Source: Mustelus asterias
Taxonomy: Eukaryota
Direction of reading: 5' to 3'
NCBI RefSeq assembly: GCF_964213995.1
Contig: NC_135811.1
Span: 48,422,001-48,486,000, forward strand
DNA length: 64,000 nucleotides
Shown here: positions 33,733-47,333 of the stretch, one piece after another
Layout: every line of letters begins with the position of its first letter
Numbering within the stretch: position 1 is the first letter of the stretch
Translations under genes and position numbers: made by a program
The notes under the pieces: generated by a model
Seen by the model: only the letters and a program-made list of their open reading frames with translations
The model's database searches: none
Told to the model about the DNA's origin: nothing

Positions 33733-35437
33733 GATTGTATGATTCAACAGCACCCACTCACACATGCACACAAAATCCACATGCTCAAGAAAAAGTGATT
33801 ACAAAAGAGGTAGCATGCACTGAGGTTTTGAGGGAAAGTGTCCAAAAAGTCAGTATTATGCTTATCTTTTCAGATGGAGGCTGGAAACATTGAAAGCTTA
33901 ATGATTTAATGTTTCACTGAAGAAAATAGATGTCAGGAACCTCTGGCGATTAATTTACAGTGGCTTACTCCTGGCAACTGGAAGTTTCTGACCTTGGTAC
34001 AGTTGAAATTGTAAATGAGTCCTTGTGATGAAAATCTGGCTTGGTTCTGCAAATCAAAAGGATAACCCCACTTCTCTGCCTGTTAGGGGATTTGAGGCAG
34101 GCTCTTTCTTTGTAGAGTGGGATCTCTTCTCCCCAGTCTCTTTGTCTCCCAGGCTGGCTGACTGCTGCTCTCAAGGTGTGTGTTAATAAACATTTCTTAT
34201 CAGAGGCTGATTTCTGTCAGATGACCATAGTATTGGTGTTACCACTGTCTGCATAAATGGTCCCAAATGACAGATACAGTAATTTTCCTTTGCACCCCTT
34301 CTGTGGCATTTCATTCTGCTGCCACGAACTCTGTGTGGCTGCATTGTACATCCATTTCTGCAGAAGTAGTTAGACAAGAGTAACTGTTAACTCCACAGGA
34401 GAGGTCTGTTGCATTTTCAATATGTTCAATGGAATGGACAATAGTAGATCATTTACATCTTAATATGTTGTCCAGACATTCAGGCTACTCCCAGTTTTGG
34501 GCAGTCTCATGGATATTTGCGGATAGTGGCGTCCTCTGATTTGTTATAATTCAGATTGTCCATTCTCCATGCTGTTTTTTAAAAAAAACTAAAGCGTTCA
34601 TTTTTCCATAAATTCCCAGGCATAAATACACGGACAAGCTATTTGTTGTTAACTATTCTTGAAAGTTGAACTGATGGTCAGACTATTTATTAAATGTGGA
34701 AGCATCTGGAATCTTTGAAGGAGATAATAAGGTTAATGGTTGAAAGCTTTCCGGTGGATATTATACATGCAGATTTGTTCAGTGGGATTTATTATAATTC
34801 TAACGTTGTTGATGGGCCACAACGGTCCATTTCAAATTATATTGATAAGCCCGATGTCAACTGACCCTAATGTTTTTTTTTCCATTGCTTATTATATCTG
34901 TCATTGCCTATGATTGGTACCGTGATACATGTTAATAGCGATAAATTCATTCATAATTATGTTCGTTCCAAATGCAAAATTGCTGGGGTAAAAGAAGGAT
35001 CAGCGAGTCTGCACTTCTGCAGTGAAGCCACATGATGACACCAAAGGATTCTATTTTCCAATAGGGATCGTGCACTTTGCAACAGCTCATTTATGCTCTC
35101 ATAATCCTCACAAGATTTATTGGCCTCCTTTCTCTGCCGTTCTTCAATTTGTAAATTTTGCCGGCCCTGTCTTTGATCAGTACTTCACTCTTCACATCTC
35201 CTTCCTTGCAGTTCCCCCCTTCCCCTATTCTTCAGCTCCCTCCCTCGGTCCCTCTCTTTCTCAAGTCCCCCCACTCTGCTCTATCAGAATGCTGCTGGCT
35301 ACTCGGCATTTTTCACCTACAGTGTCTTGGGAGATCAACTTTATCTTAAAGAAGAATAACACTCATGCAGCCAATAACATACCAGTCGTATTGTAAATAG
35401 CCTTAGCAATAGAAAGGAACAACAAATGGCAATAACA

Positions 35438-35750
35438 ATGGTTAGCACTGCTGCCTCACAGCGCCAGGGACCCAGGTTCGGTTTCAGCCTCAGGTGACTG
35501 TGTGGAGTTTACACGTTCTCCCCATGTCTGCGTGGGTTTCTTCCGGGTGCTCTGGTTACCTTCCACAGTCCGAAGATGTGCGGATTAGGTTGATTGGCCA
35601 TGTTAAATTGACCCTTAGTGTCGGGGGATTAGCAGGGTAAATATGTGGGGTTACGGGGATAGGGCCTGGGTGGGGTTGTTGTCAGTGCAGGCTCAATAGG
35701 CCAAATGGCCTCCTTCTGCACTGTATGGATTCTATCATTCTATGATTCTA
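35438..35750 (+). mobile_element. HE1 V-SINE
   Basis: Slightly 5'-truncated copy. Confidence 0.88.
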
Positions 35751-37654
35751 ACTCTGATACGAGGCTGTGAATGAAATGGAAGTTGTAAAGTTTGACCTGT
35801 AACAAGGAGAGATACTGATTACATTTATTTTCAGCTGGGTGAGTTCATTGAATAGGATTGTGTTGAATTGCTTGGTATTGACGATTAGGACCTGCCCTCC
35901 ATTTCGGTCACTTTATGCAGCAGCATAAAAACATCTATTTTCCAATGTTTTGCATTTGAACCTGTTTCTTCACCAAAACTGAAGATCAAAAATATTAGAA
36001 TCATGGAACTTTGCTGCACGTTTGATCCTGTGTTGGTTCTTTGAAAGAATTATCCACTTAGCTTAATTCCCATACCCTTTAAAAGTGTCTTTTTTTTTTC
36101 AATTATTTATCCATTACCATTTTAATAGCTATTATTAATTCATTGCTCTTGATAGGACATTCCTTATTCTAAACACCTTCCAAGTTGAAAAGAATCTTCT
36201 AACCTCTGCTCATTGATCGTAAATTTATGGGCTAGAATCTACCCCTCCTCCACAACTCCCTACATCTCCCCCTCTTTTAAAAACTTGGAATTCAAAAGGT
36301 GGTGTCAGTAAAACTGACTATAAAGGATTACTATTAAAAACCTAATTGGTTCACTAAATTTTTCAGGGGAGGACCCTGCTGCTTTACATATGGCTTCAGT
36401 CCCACATCAACATGATCGACTAGACTGCCCTCTGAAGTTGACTAGCAACCCACACAGTTGTTTCAAGCTACTGAACGCAGCAGTTCAAGAAGGAGGCCCA
36501 ATATCATTATCGCAGGGCAATTAGGTATGGGTAATCAGGATTGCCTTTTCAGTGATGCTCATACCCAGAGAACAAATTCACAAGAGCTACTTTGTAGGTT
36601 AGAGATGAACCTCAAGAGGACATAGGAAGGGATGGACACATGCCAGATGCAATTTAATGATGGGAAATTTGAAGCGATTCTGTTACGGAAGGGCTGTAAC
36701 GGAAGATTTAGTATGACTTTGAAAAGAGATGTGAGAAGCAGCTGACAGGTAAGGAAAGGCAGGACTTTGGAGAAAAGGTGGAGAGTGAGGCTAGCTAAGT
36801 TGCTCTTAATTGCGAAGAGTGGACATTAGCTTGAGAGGCTGACTAGCCCTCTGTGCTGTAATTATTCCGTGATTCTATTGGCACTGTGTCCATTTTTCTT
36901 CATTATATTTCAATGTAATGCTGGGGGACATTTTTCTACATTTAGGTCAATATTTTTCGAGGTTCCCAAAGAACAATTTCTAAATCAACGCTTTTCTTTC
37001 TTTGTAGGCTAATGAACAACATTTCCATTTGGAGAGAATGAAAGATACAGCTGGCCCTTATCTTCTGAGTTTATTGATTGGAGTTCAGTGTACCAGGAGC
37101 TGCAGTGAAATGTTTACAAACCAAAGCGATAACTGATGGGTGCTTAGATTCCAGTGGAGGTTGAGCTGCTAGGCATTCTTCAGCGTATAACTTCAGTCAA
37201 TCTATTTTGAACAGATACTCTGACAAAGGGATTAGCTGCTTTCCTGCTGAAGTAACTGAGTAGTTATCAATGTCTTCAATGTTAATCTGAATTTACTTTC
37301 GAATGTTACATTTGATTTATACTGGTTCCTTTATCTTCCGCACCCTGTTGCATTTTATTCTCCATCATAAATGCCACTAAATTGATTCCACTTTTTCCCT
37401 GACATGCAAAGGCAGAAGAACCATACAGTATGTTTTGTAGCGAAGGCTGCAAAATATATAAACATTTAACATAATATCTTTTAGTTACCCATTTCCTTTT
37501 TTCAGCATGCATCTCTGCAACATTCCTTGGTGATCAAATTATCTGAGTGGATTGAGTTGAATTTGAAGCAGAACTTTATTGAAAAAGGTCAGCGATCCTA
37601 TTCTCAGCTTTGCAATTTCCTCTAAAAGTAGGGGAATGAATAATTTCTTTCTAT

Positions 37655-38520
37655 AGGCTGGGAGAGGTGGATGCCTTAAACTGGAGCAGGTACATCCACA
37701 GTGCTCTAGAGAAGGGAGTTCCAGGATTTTGACTCAGCGACAGTGAAGGAATGCCGATATAGTTCCAACTCAGGGTGGTGTGTGACTAGGAGCTTGCAGG
37801 TGATGGTGTTCCCATGCATCTACTGCCCTTGTCCTTTGTGGTGGTAGAGGTTGTGACTTTCAAAGGTGCTGTTGAAGGAGCCTTGGTACGTTGCAGCAGA
37901 GCACCTTGTAGATGGCATACACTTCTACCAATGTGGACTGATGGTGGAGAGAGTGGATGTTTAATGTTGTGTGTAGGGTGTGAATAAGCGGGGCTGCTTT
38001 GTCCTGGATTGAGCTTCTCGAGTGTTGTTGGAGCTGCACTCATCCAGGCAAGTGGAGAGTATTCCATCATAATCCTGACTTGTGTCTTGTAGATGGTGGT
38101 CAGCCTTTCGGATGTCAGGAAGTGAGTTACTCACCGCCAAATTCCCAGCCTCTGACCCACTGCCACAATATTTATATGGCTGGTCCAGCTAAGTTTCTGA
38201 TTAGTGGCAATGTCCAGGATATCGATGGTGGGGGAATGGTAATGTCTCAGAATGTCAAGGGGAAAGGGTTAGATTCTCTCTTATTGATGATGGTCATTGC
38301 CTGGCATGTGTTTGGCAGAAATGGCACCTGCCACATATCAGCCCAAATGTTGAATGTTGTCCAAGTCTTGCTGCTTGCGGGTGTGGGCTGCTTCAATATC
38401 TGAGGAGTTGTGAATGGTACTGAACATTATGCAATCATCAACAAACATCCCCACTTCTGGCTGATAGTGGAGGGAAGGCCAATGATGAAGCAGCTGAAGA
38501 TGATTGGTTCTAGGGCACTA
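37655..38520 (-). mobile_element. Degenerate CR1-group LINE RT/C-terminal fragment
   Basis: MEYSPLAWMSAAPTTLEKL and upstream RT-like remnants. Confidence 0.7.
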
Positions 38521-38573
38521 ACTGAAAATATTCTCAGAAATCAAACATTTTCTGGAATAGCCATGTTACCTTG

Positions 38574-38889
38574 TGATGCGCTATTCAAACACGAGGCTTG
38601 AAGCTCAGTAAATGAAAGGCTTTTATTTACTGTAACGAAGCTACCAGAACTTATATACACTATCCCAGACTGAAGGGGTCCCGGCCAGAGCAGGGACTCT
38701 TATACCTCTCCCAGGAGGCGGAGCCCAACTGGGATGTGCCACAACACTACAGTACAAAGGTGTAACAACCCCACCCTAACCCCAACAGCAACAATAGCAC
38801 AACCCAACAGTAACATATGTACATCCTTGTAGTACTGGCCAGCCCCTGGCTCAGCACTATCCAGTGGGAACCAACGATGGTTCACCACA
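38574..38889 (-). repeat. 3' LTR of Gypsy B
   Basis: TG...CA; direct repeat of 42981-43291. Confidence 0.95.
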
Positions 38890-38952
38890 TTCACCCCTCC
38901 TTTGAGAACAAAGGCCGGCGGGGTACAAAAAACAGAATAAAGTGTCAGCAGT

Positions 38953-41900
38953 CTATAAGTTCAGACGGTCAGGGGGACCGCACCGTCGTTGTGACCTCCT
39001 CAATACCAGCGGTAACACCGGAGTAGGCACTTGCGGTGGCGTTCTCCCCAAGGCAGCGTCCAGCTGTTCTTCCATGGACTCACAGGCCGGTTGACCCTGA
39101 GGTGACGGTAGTCCATGGGATCCTGACCCGCCCTGCGGTGGCGACCATCTTCTGGGCTCAGGCAAGCTGTACATGGGAGTAAAATGGTTAAGCAATGGTC
39201 CCGATGCTGCCTGCGCCGTGTCCGGGGAAGAAACAAGAGATAAAGGGTTTGTTACCGGGGGTATGGGAGTGACAGGGGTTGCTACGTCCCCTGCTGGCGC
39301 CAGGTCTCGGATCGAGACCGTGTCCTCTCGCCCGTCAGGGTATGCCACATAGGCATACTGAGGGTTGGCGTGGAGGAGATGGACCTGTTCGACCAACGGG
39401 TCGGACTTGCGGGCCCTTACATGTCGCCGCAGGAGGACGGGTCCTGAGTACGTCAACCAAGATGGTAATGAGGTCCCCGAGGAAGACTTCCGAGGGAATG
39501 AGAACATCCTCTCATGGGGAGTAGCATTGGTTGCCGTACACAGGAGGGAGCGAATAGAATGGAGCGCATCAGGGAGCACCTCTTGCTAACGGGAGACTGG
39601 AAGGCCTTTTGACTTCAACGACAGTAAGACAGCCTTCCAGACTGTAGCATTCTCACGTTCCACCTGTCCGTTACCCCTAGGGTTGTAGCTCGTGGTCCTA
39701 CTAGAGGCAATCCCGTATGAGAGCAGGAATTGCCTCAAGTCATCGCTCATGAATGACGAGCCCCTGTCGCTATGGATGTAGCCGGGGTACCCGAACAGGG
39801 TAAAGAGATCACGGAATGCCTTGATAACCGTGGCAGCGGATGTATCAGAGCAGGGAACAACAAAAGGGAACCGAGAGTACTCGTCAATGATATTGAGGAA
39901 GTACACATTCCGATCTGTTGAGGGAAGGGGGCCCTTAAAATCGACACTCAGTCTCTCGAAGGGACGAGTGGCCTTGACTAAATGTGCCCGGTCAGGTTGG
40001 TAAAAGTGCGGTTTGCATTCCGCGCAAACCCGACAGCTCCTTGTTACTGACCTGACGTCCTCCACCGAGTAAGGCAGGTTGCGGGCTTTTATAAAGTGGT
40101 AGAGCCGAGTGACCCCAGGATGGCACAGGTCATTATGGAGGGCGTGCAAACGGTCCTCCTGTATACTAGCACATGTTCCACGCGAGAGGGCATCCGAGGG
40201 CTCATTGAGTTTCCCTGGACGGTACATGATGTCGTAGTTATAGGTGGAGAGTTAAATTCTCCACCGCAAGATCTTGTCATTCTTGATCTTGCCCCTCTGT
40301 GTGTTGTTAAACATGAACGCCACGGACCGCTGGTCAGTGATCAGGGTGAACCGTTTTCCCGCCAAGTAATGGCGCCAGTGCTTGACGGCCTCCACAATGG
40401 CCTGGGCCTCCTTTTCCACCGCTGAATGCCGAATTTCGGGGCCTTGGAGGGTGCGGGAAAAAAATGCGACGGGCCTGCCCGCCTGGTTAAGTGTGGCGGC
40501 CAGGGCGAAATCAGATGCATCGCTCTCCACCTGAAAGGGGATGGACTCGTCTACAGCGTGCATCGTAGCTTTCGTGATGTCGGCTTTCAATTTATCGAAG
40601 GCCAATCGGGCCTCTGGCGTTAAGGGAAAAGTCGTGGACTGAATGAGCTGACGGGCTTTATCTGCGTAGTTGGGAACCCACTGTGCATAATAAGAGAAGA
40701 AGCCTAAGCATCTTCTCAGTGCTTTTGCACTAGCAGGTAAAGGAAGTTCAGAAAGGGGGCGCATACGGTCTGGATCAGGGCCAATGACCCCGTTTTCCAC
40801 CACGTATCCTAGGATGGCTAAACGGCGCGTACGAAACACACACTTCTCCCTGTTGTAGGTCAAGTTCAGGCGAGATGCAGTGCGTAGGAAGTTCAGGAGA
40901 TTTGTGTCGTGGTCTTGCTGGTCATGGCCGCAAATGGTGACATTATCCAGGTACGGGAAGGTAGCCCGCAGCCCGTTCTGGTCCACCATTCGGTCCATAG
41001 CACGCTGGAAGACCGAGACCCCATTGGTGACACCAAAGGGAACCCTGAGAAAGTGATACAAGCGACCATCCGCCTCAAAAGCTGTGTATTGTCGGTCCTC
41101 TGGGCGAATGGGGAGTTGGTGGTAGGCAGACTTGAGGTCTATGGTGGAGAACACCCGATACTGCGCAATCTGATTGACCATATCAGATATGCGCGGGAGG
41201 GGATACGCATCCAGCTGCATATATCGGTTAATGGTCTGACTGTAGTCAATGACCATCCGGGGTTTGTTCCCGCTCTTGACCACCACGACCTGCGCTCTCC
41301 ACGGACTAGCACTGGGTTGTATGATCCTTTCTTTGAGGAGCCGCTGAACCTCAGATCTAATGAAGATCCGATCCTCAGTGCTGTAACGCCTACTTTTAGT
41401 CGCGATGGGCTTGCAGCCTGGCACAAGATTCTGGAACAAGGAGGGTGTGGTGATCTTCAGCGTCGAGAGGCTGCAGGCTGCGTTGGGCAATTTGGAGGCT
41501 GCTGCTGTTTTCCCACTGCCAGTGAAGGGAGTGGCCCACCGTACTATAGGATTACACTCCTCAAGTGGACCATGAAATTTAGTCCGAGAAGTATTGGCGC
41601 GCAAAGATACGGCAACACAAGGAGCTTGAAACGCTCGTAAACTGTGCCTTGCACCTTCAAGGTTACCACGCAACTCCCTAGCACGGCAACAGACTGGGAC
41701 CTTGATGCCATAGAGATTGTCTGTTTGGCAGGTTGAATCTGGAGTCCACGCCGCTTCACAGTGTCTGGGTGGATAAAGCTCTCAGTGCTCCCGCTATCAA
41801 ACAGACAATAAATCACGTGGTCATTTACCTGGATATTCATCATAGATTTGTCAAGTCTATGAGGCTTGGCCTGGTCCAGGGTGATCGACGCCACCGTTGG

Positions 41901-42932
41901 TTCATGAGCGCCACTGCAGGCAGCTGAAGTCGATGAGGAGGACCCCTGCTGGTCGTTCGTGGTCAGTGTCGACCAACATGGCTGCCCCCATGAGTCGCAC
42001 GTGGGTGAGGGCGCCAAACTCAGCGACCCCTGGTGGTCATACTCCTCCAACTCCGTCGACCGTAATGGCGTCGTCCTGATCTCGCATGTGGACGAACCCC
42101 GCGATGACTTCGACGATGAAGACCCGAGCTCTGAAGAATCGCAGGCCGCACTGCCGTTCCTGGGTTTAGATCGGCACACTTTTGAATAATGCCCTTTTTT
42201 ACCGCATGCGGTGCACAACACAGCTTTAGCGGGACACTTTTGCCGAGTATGCTTCGCTCCTCCACAGAAATAGCACTGCGGGCCGCCCGGGGCTGCTGCC
42301 GTCGTCTGGCCCGAATGGGAGCACGCCATTACGCAGCATTTCGAACCCGAGGGACGAGGAGGGATTAGCGACTGCTCCTGCCACGTTGTCTCCACATGGT
42401 CCTCCGGATATAATACTAAGCTTTTGGAGGCCGTCTCGAGCATCTCTGCTAACTCGATGGCCTGGGTAAGATTAAGATTACCCTTCTCCAACAGTTTAAG
42501 TCGAATGTACGACGATCTGACCACAAACGCATCTCGGGCGAGGTCGTTCATGCTCTGCTCAGCCGACACAGCTTTGCAGTCACAGCCCCTGGCTAGCTGT
42601 AGGAGCTCGTTCGCATATTCCTCCATCGTTTCGCCAGACTGCCGTCGTCGAGTGGCTAGGAGGTAACGAGCGTGTATCTCATTAGGTGGTTTGGTATAGC
42701 GCTTCTTCAGAAGCTCGAGGGCCTTAGTATAATCGGTGGCCGCACGGATCGCGAGGTAGACAGTGTCACTTACCCTCCCATGGCGGACCCGGAGTCTGTC
42801 ATCATCTGTGGTGACCGCTGCGGAGGCTGCCAGGTAGTCTTCGAAACACTTCAGCCAGTGGTCGAAGGTGTTAGAAGCGCCCACCGCACGTGGATCTAGC
42901 GTAAGGCGTTCCGGCTTCAGAATTTGCTCCAT
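38953..42932 (-). pseudogene. gag-pol of Gypsy B (stops at 41544, 40252, 39586; frameshift ~41480)
   Basis: Collinear with A across gag, PR, RT (YLDN), RH and IN. Confidence 0.93.
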
Positions 42933-42966
42933 ACTCTCTCTCTTTTTTTTCGACGAGAGTTTAACG

Positions 42967-42979
42967 ACAGTAAATAAAA
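42967..42979 (-). promoter_or_regulatory. Non-tRNA PBS-position sequence of B, complementary to its own LTR (43028-43040)
   Basis: Sense TTTTATTTACTGT, 1 nt from the LTR end. Confidence 0.75.
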
Positions 42980-42980
42980 T

Positions 42981-43291
42981 TGATGCGCTATTCAGACACG
43001 AGGCTTGAAGCTCAGTAAATGAAAGGCTTTTATTTACTGTTAACGAAGCTACCAGAACTTATATACACTATCCCAGACTGAAGGGGTCCCGGCCAGAGCA
43101 GGGACTCTTATACCTCTCCCAGGAGGCGGAGCCCGACTGGGATGTGCCACAACACTACAGTACAAAGGTGTAACAACCCCACCCTAACCCCAACAGCAAC
43201 AATAGCACAACCCAACATATGTACATCCTTGTAGTACTGGCCAGCCCCTGGCTCAGCACTATCCAGTGGGAACCAACGATGGTTCACCACA
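42981..43291 (-). repeat. 5' LTR of Gypsy B
   Basis: Direct repeat; TATAAG at 43107-43112 (minus). Confidence 0.95.
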
Positions 43292-43329
43292 CCATGCAGA
43301 TAAGATTTGATGAGGTGGGTTTTCAGGCT

Positions 43330-43506
43330 AAGTCATTGAGTGTGTTTAAGACAGAGATAGATAGGTTCTTGATTAATAAAGGGATCAAAGGTTACGGAGA
43401 AAAGGCGGGAGAACGGGGCTAAGAAATGTCTCACCCATGATTGACTGGTGGAGCAGACTCGATGGGCTGAATGGCCTAATTCTGCTCCTATATCTTTTGG
43501 TCTTAT
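43330..43506 (+). mobile_element. CR1 3' end
   Basis: SLSVFKTEIDRFLINKGIKGY and tail. Confidence 0.85.
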
Positions 43507-44224
43507 GTGGAGCATTAACAGCAGCACAGATCAATTGGTCCTAATTCTGTGCAATGCGGAAAAGCATCTTTGGACACTGCTCACTTGTTCAGCCTTCTGT
43601 GATATTCCAGCTTTTGTTTTATGTCTGGCAATAAATTCTTCCATTCCAATCTTCAACTTCTTGTAACTCTTCAGTGTTACAATTTGACAAGGATGACCAA
43701 GGACTGGCAACCCGCTGCTCTCCTTCCCTTTGGATGTAATTTCCGAGAGAAGTCTTTTTTTTAAGCCTTTTTATTTATTTAACGAGAGAATAGATGACTC
43801 ACTCTGAAGCCCAAACTGCTGTAATTTTGTGATGATTTTGACTCTACTTCACACTGACAGTGAGCCGTACACACTATCTTGTCACTGATGTGACAAGAAA
43901 ATAACAGCGTGCAACCTGAAATGTTAATGGAAGGGGTAGTGACAGTAAATGGAAAATGTGAATGAAAACGCAACAGTACTGGGTACAAATGTGGACTTGA
44001 TGAAATGCCTGGGACTTGAGAAAAAAAAGATAGAAACATGTTGCAAGTGACATGAACAGTTAGAATCAAACAATTTAATCTTACTGATGCTTAATGATAG
44101 CTAAATAGATTTTGTAAATTGTGTCATATTAATGTAACGCATTATCTTTGCAACCTCTTTTATTCTAAATGAGGTGAATGAAACAAGTAGGTAGCAATAT
44201 TTCACATCCCTATTGAATGGTAAT

Positions 44225-44382
44225 GTGTGGGTTAGGTTGTTTGGCCATGCTAAAATTAACCCTAATGTCAGGGGGATTAGCAGCGTAAATGTGCGAGGTT
44301 ACAGGAATAGGGCCTGGGTGGGATGTGGTCAGTGCAGACTCGATGGGCCGAATGGCCTCCTTCTGTACTGTAGGGATTCTAT
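44225..44382 (+). mobile_element. HE1 3' half, adjoining a Deu-SINE relic (44385-44700)
   Basis: HE1 tail followed by ctgagggcgtgctg... Confidence 0.75.
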
Positions 44383-45150
44383 AGCTGAGGGCGTGCTGGA
44401 TGGTGGGAGGTGCTGCTGACCTTCTGATGAAATGTCAAAACAAGATCTCATTTGCCCTCTCAGACCATAGTTGAAAGAAAGCCGGGGAAACACCCCGCCC
44501 CACCACCATCTAACATTTATCCTTGATCAAACACAACTAAAACAGATTATCTAGTCATTTCTTGCTGTCCTTTGTGTATGCAGTTTGACTGCCACCTTTA
44601 CCTACTCTGCATCAGTGACTCCATTTCACAATTACCTAATTGGCTGTGAAGAGCTTTGAGATGGCCTGGCGAGATAAATGGTGCTAGTTAAATGCAGATT
44701 TCTCTTCTTTCTTTCCAATGCACAGGTTTAAGACAATAATTCGTAGATAATAATTGGACATATTTTCCACAAAAATACATATTTATTTAGCCATGATTTT
44801 GGAGCAAAACATGAATAATTGCAAGGTGTTAACCCTTTATTTTTAAGTCATAAGATGGTTATAGATCTCGATCATTCATCCAGAATAATCCCAAAGACTC
44901 CCTCTTTGCAGCATATAATCATCTCATAGCAGTTTCCAGAGCTTTACTGCTGCTATTCCTCCTGGAAGTCCCTCTACTGAGACACATAGAAATTTACAGC
45001 ACAGAAGGAAGTTGGTTCGTTTATCGCATCTCTTAAGTTGGTTACTTTGTGTGAAGAAATATTTCCTGCTATCAGTGCTAAGTTTATTCATATTGTAAAC
45101 CTATATCCTGCTTTCCTACTGGTTTTCTTGAAGTAATATTCCAGGCTACT

Positions 45151-45484
45151 ATCATAGAAACCGTACAGTGCAGAAGGAGGCCATTCGGCCCATCGAGTCT
45201 GCACCGAAAACAATCCCACCCAAGCCCTATCCCTGCAACCCACCTATTTACCCCGCTAATCCCTCTAACCTACACATCTCGAGACACTAAGGGTCAATTT
45301 AGCGTGGCCAATGCACCTAACCAGCACACCTTTGGAGTGTGGGAGAAACCGGAGCACCTGGAGGAAACCCATGCAGACACGGGGAGAACGTGCAAACTCC
45401 ACACAGACAGTGACCCAAGCCGGGGATCGAACCCAGGTCCCTGGCACTGTGAGGCAGCAGTGCTAACCACTGTGCCATCATGCC
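45151..45484 (-). mobile_element. HE1 V-SINE
   Basis: Full-length copy. Confidence 0.9.
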
Positions 45485-45929
45485 GGCTTTACCCTGTTCA
45501 ATTCCCTGAACTACCTTAGGAACCTCCTATGAAATCACTTTACAGATGCCTCCTGTTAAGGCTGAAATGTTAGTTTCTCCAGTCTATCCTCATTACTCAG
45601 ACAGTGAATCAGCTTCATTGCTTTTCTCTATGCCACCTAGAAGTGCTTGAATGCCTATTCTGCGTCTCTGTGACCTGGAGGTTGTACTTAGTGTGGTCTA
45701 AGCAGAACATTCATAGCTTGATGATGACTTCCCCTGGCTAAGGGGCTTGTATTCTCTTGCTCCGCCTATGCATTTCAATATTCCATTGGCAATGTTGTCC
45801 ATTATTCTGAATTGGTTGGACATGTTACACTTTCCAAGACTTCGAAGTTGCATTTAGTTAGCCTGATTGTTAGACTTGACTATCATTCTGGCAGGGTGGG
45901 CTGCAGGTCATTGTGAGTTGGCATTACTG

Positions 45930-46580
45930 GGGACCAATCTGGGGAGGGAGGGGGTTGGTAGGGTGGGGAAATGGAGTCTGTGATCAATTATGAGGGAGAC
46001 AGATCCTGGGTGGAGGTCCAGGGTGCAATGATCAGGTTTCAATCTGGGGGGAGGGACCTGAAAGCTCAGGAGATGGCAATATAGGGTGGAAGGAGCAGTG
46101 GGGGAGAGTGAGTTGGTGGGTTTGAAAGGTGGGGTGGTGATCAGAGGCTTGGGGGAAAGGTCAAATGTCTCAGGGAGGGGCGTGGGCGTTCTGAAGTCCG
46201 GAGAATCTTAGGCCTTAGAAAGAAGGGCTTGGGAAGGTGGCAAGAGTCGAGAAGGCTCTGGTCGGATCATGGGGGGAATTCCCCAGGCAGGTACTCTGGT
46301 TTCAGAATAGACACTTGCATCCTGGATCCGACAATGTTTACCTGAGTTTAGCTGTTGACTTTCCTCAGGGTCGTTCACAATTAAATTCATAATGTTGGAT
46401 AATAATCACACTCGCTGACTCATTATAAAATTTAAAGTCCCAAACTGCCTGCTTGGACTGGGCTGGTCTCCTGGCCTATCCCAGTGTTGCTACCAGAAGT
46501 AAACCGGTTTTTGCCGAGATTCAGATTTTTAACACATTAACCTCCCCCTGACCCAGACCCGCCTGCTTTGTTGGGTTAAC
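45930..46580. repeat. Unclassified old interspersed repeat, inverted homolog of 52815-53640
   Basis: Shared anchors in order on opposite strands: aaatctga, ttctggt, tgaatttaa, acagctaaa, attgtcggatccagg, then a C-rich tract. Confidence 0.6.
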
Positions 46581-47294
46581 GTTCCTCCTGATCTATTTGG
46601 CTTTCTCCACAGTTTAATTGCAGGAATTCATTCAGGATTTCATGTTGGACAAGCCACCTGAAAGCACTGATACCGTGAAGAGATTGAGAGTGGTGGTGAT
46701 GGGATGGAAATGGGTGTCGCTGATGCCCGTCTGGAGTTTGACTTTGTGAATTTGGATGACGTTGCCAAGAGGTAGCATGTGGAAGAGAAGCGGAAGGGGA
46801 TGGATCCTGAGAGACTCTTGAGGTAACAGTGCGGGGGTTGGAAGAGGACCCTTTGCAGGACAGTTTCTGGCTACAACTGGATTGATTTGTTCTTAGCATG
46901 TACAGAAACTACCAAGCCAGGCAATAGCTTTTTCCGCAGTGGCTAAATGGAGCTCTGAATCCTCTGCTGAATTTTGTCAGGGGCAGTCTTCAGTAATGTG
47001 AATCATTGATTGGGGGGCACCACAACTGTAGTCTGGGTTCCCTGCAAGGTCCCACTTTGCCAATTTGCTGCACAAAGGTTTTGACCAGTGCGGAAACGGT
47101 TGAGAGTGCTCAATGTTGGCGTGGCAGGTTGTAGTTGGATGGGCAGGCTGTGGGATGTGTGATGAGGAAGTGGTTTTACTGCTGGTGCGTTGGTTCTATT
47201 CCTGCCACCATAGGGCTTCTGCTGTTATTCTTTGGACAGTAAGAAGTCTCACAACACCAGGTTAAAGTCCAACAGGATTATTTGGTAGCAAATA

Positions 47295-47333
47295 CCATAA
47301 GCTTTCGGAGCGTGCTGCTCCTTCGTCAGATGG
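47295..47333 (-). ncRNA. Minimal hammerhead motif (left arm)
   Basis: Reverse complement of 47945-47983. Confidence 0.75.

Larger units (their letters stand above)
38574..43291 (-). mobile_element. Full-length Gypsy LTR retrotransposon B (4718 bp), sister family of A
   Basis: LTRs 38574-38889 and 42981-43291 (2 substitutions and 2 indels by eye); TSD CCTTG/CCATG (1 mismatch); same PPT as A. Confidence 0.96.

Noticed and set aside
40909-41640. 243-aa plus-strand ORF antisense to RT of B
   Set aside because: The equivalent frame in A is broken after ~71 aa; a shadow ORF.
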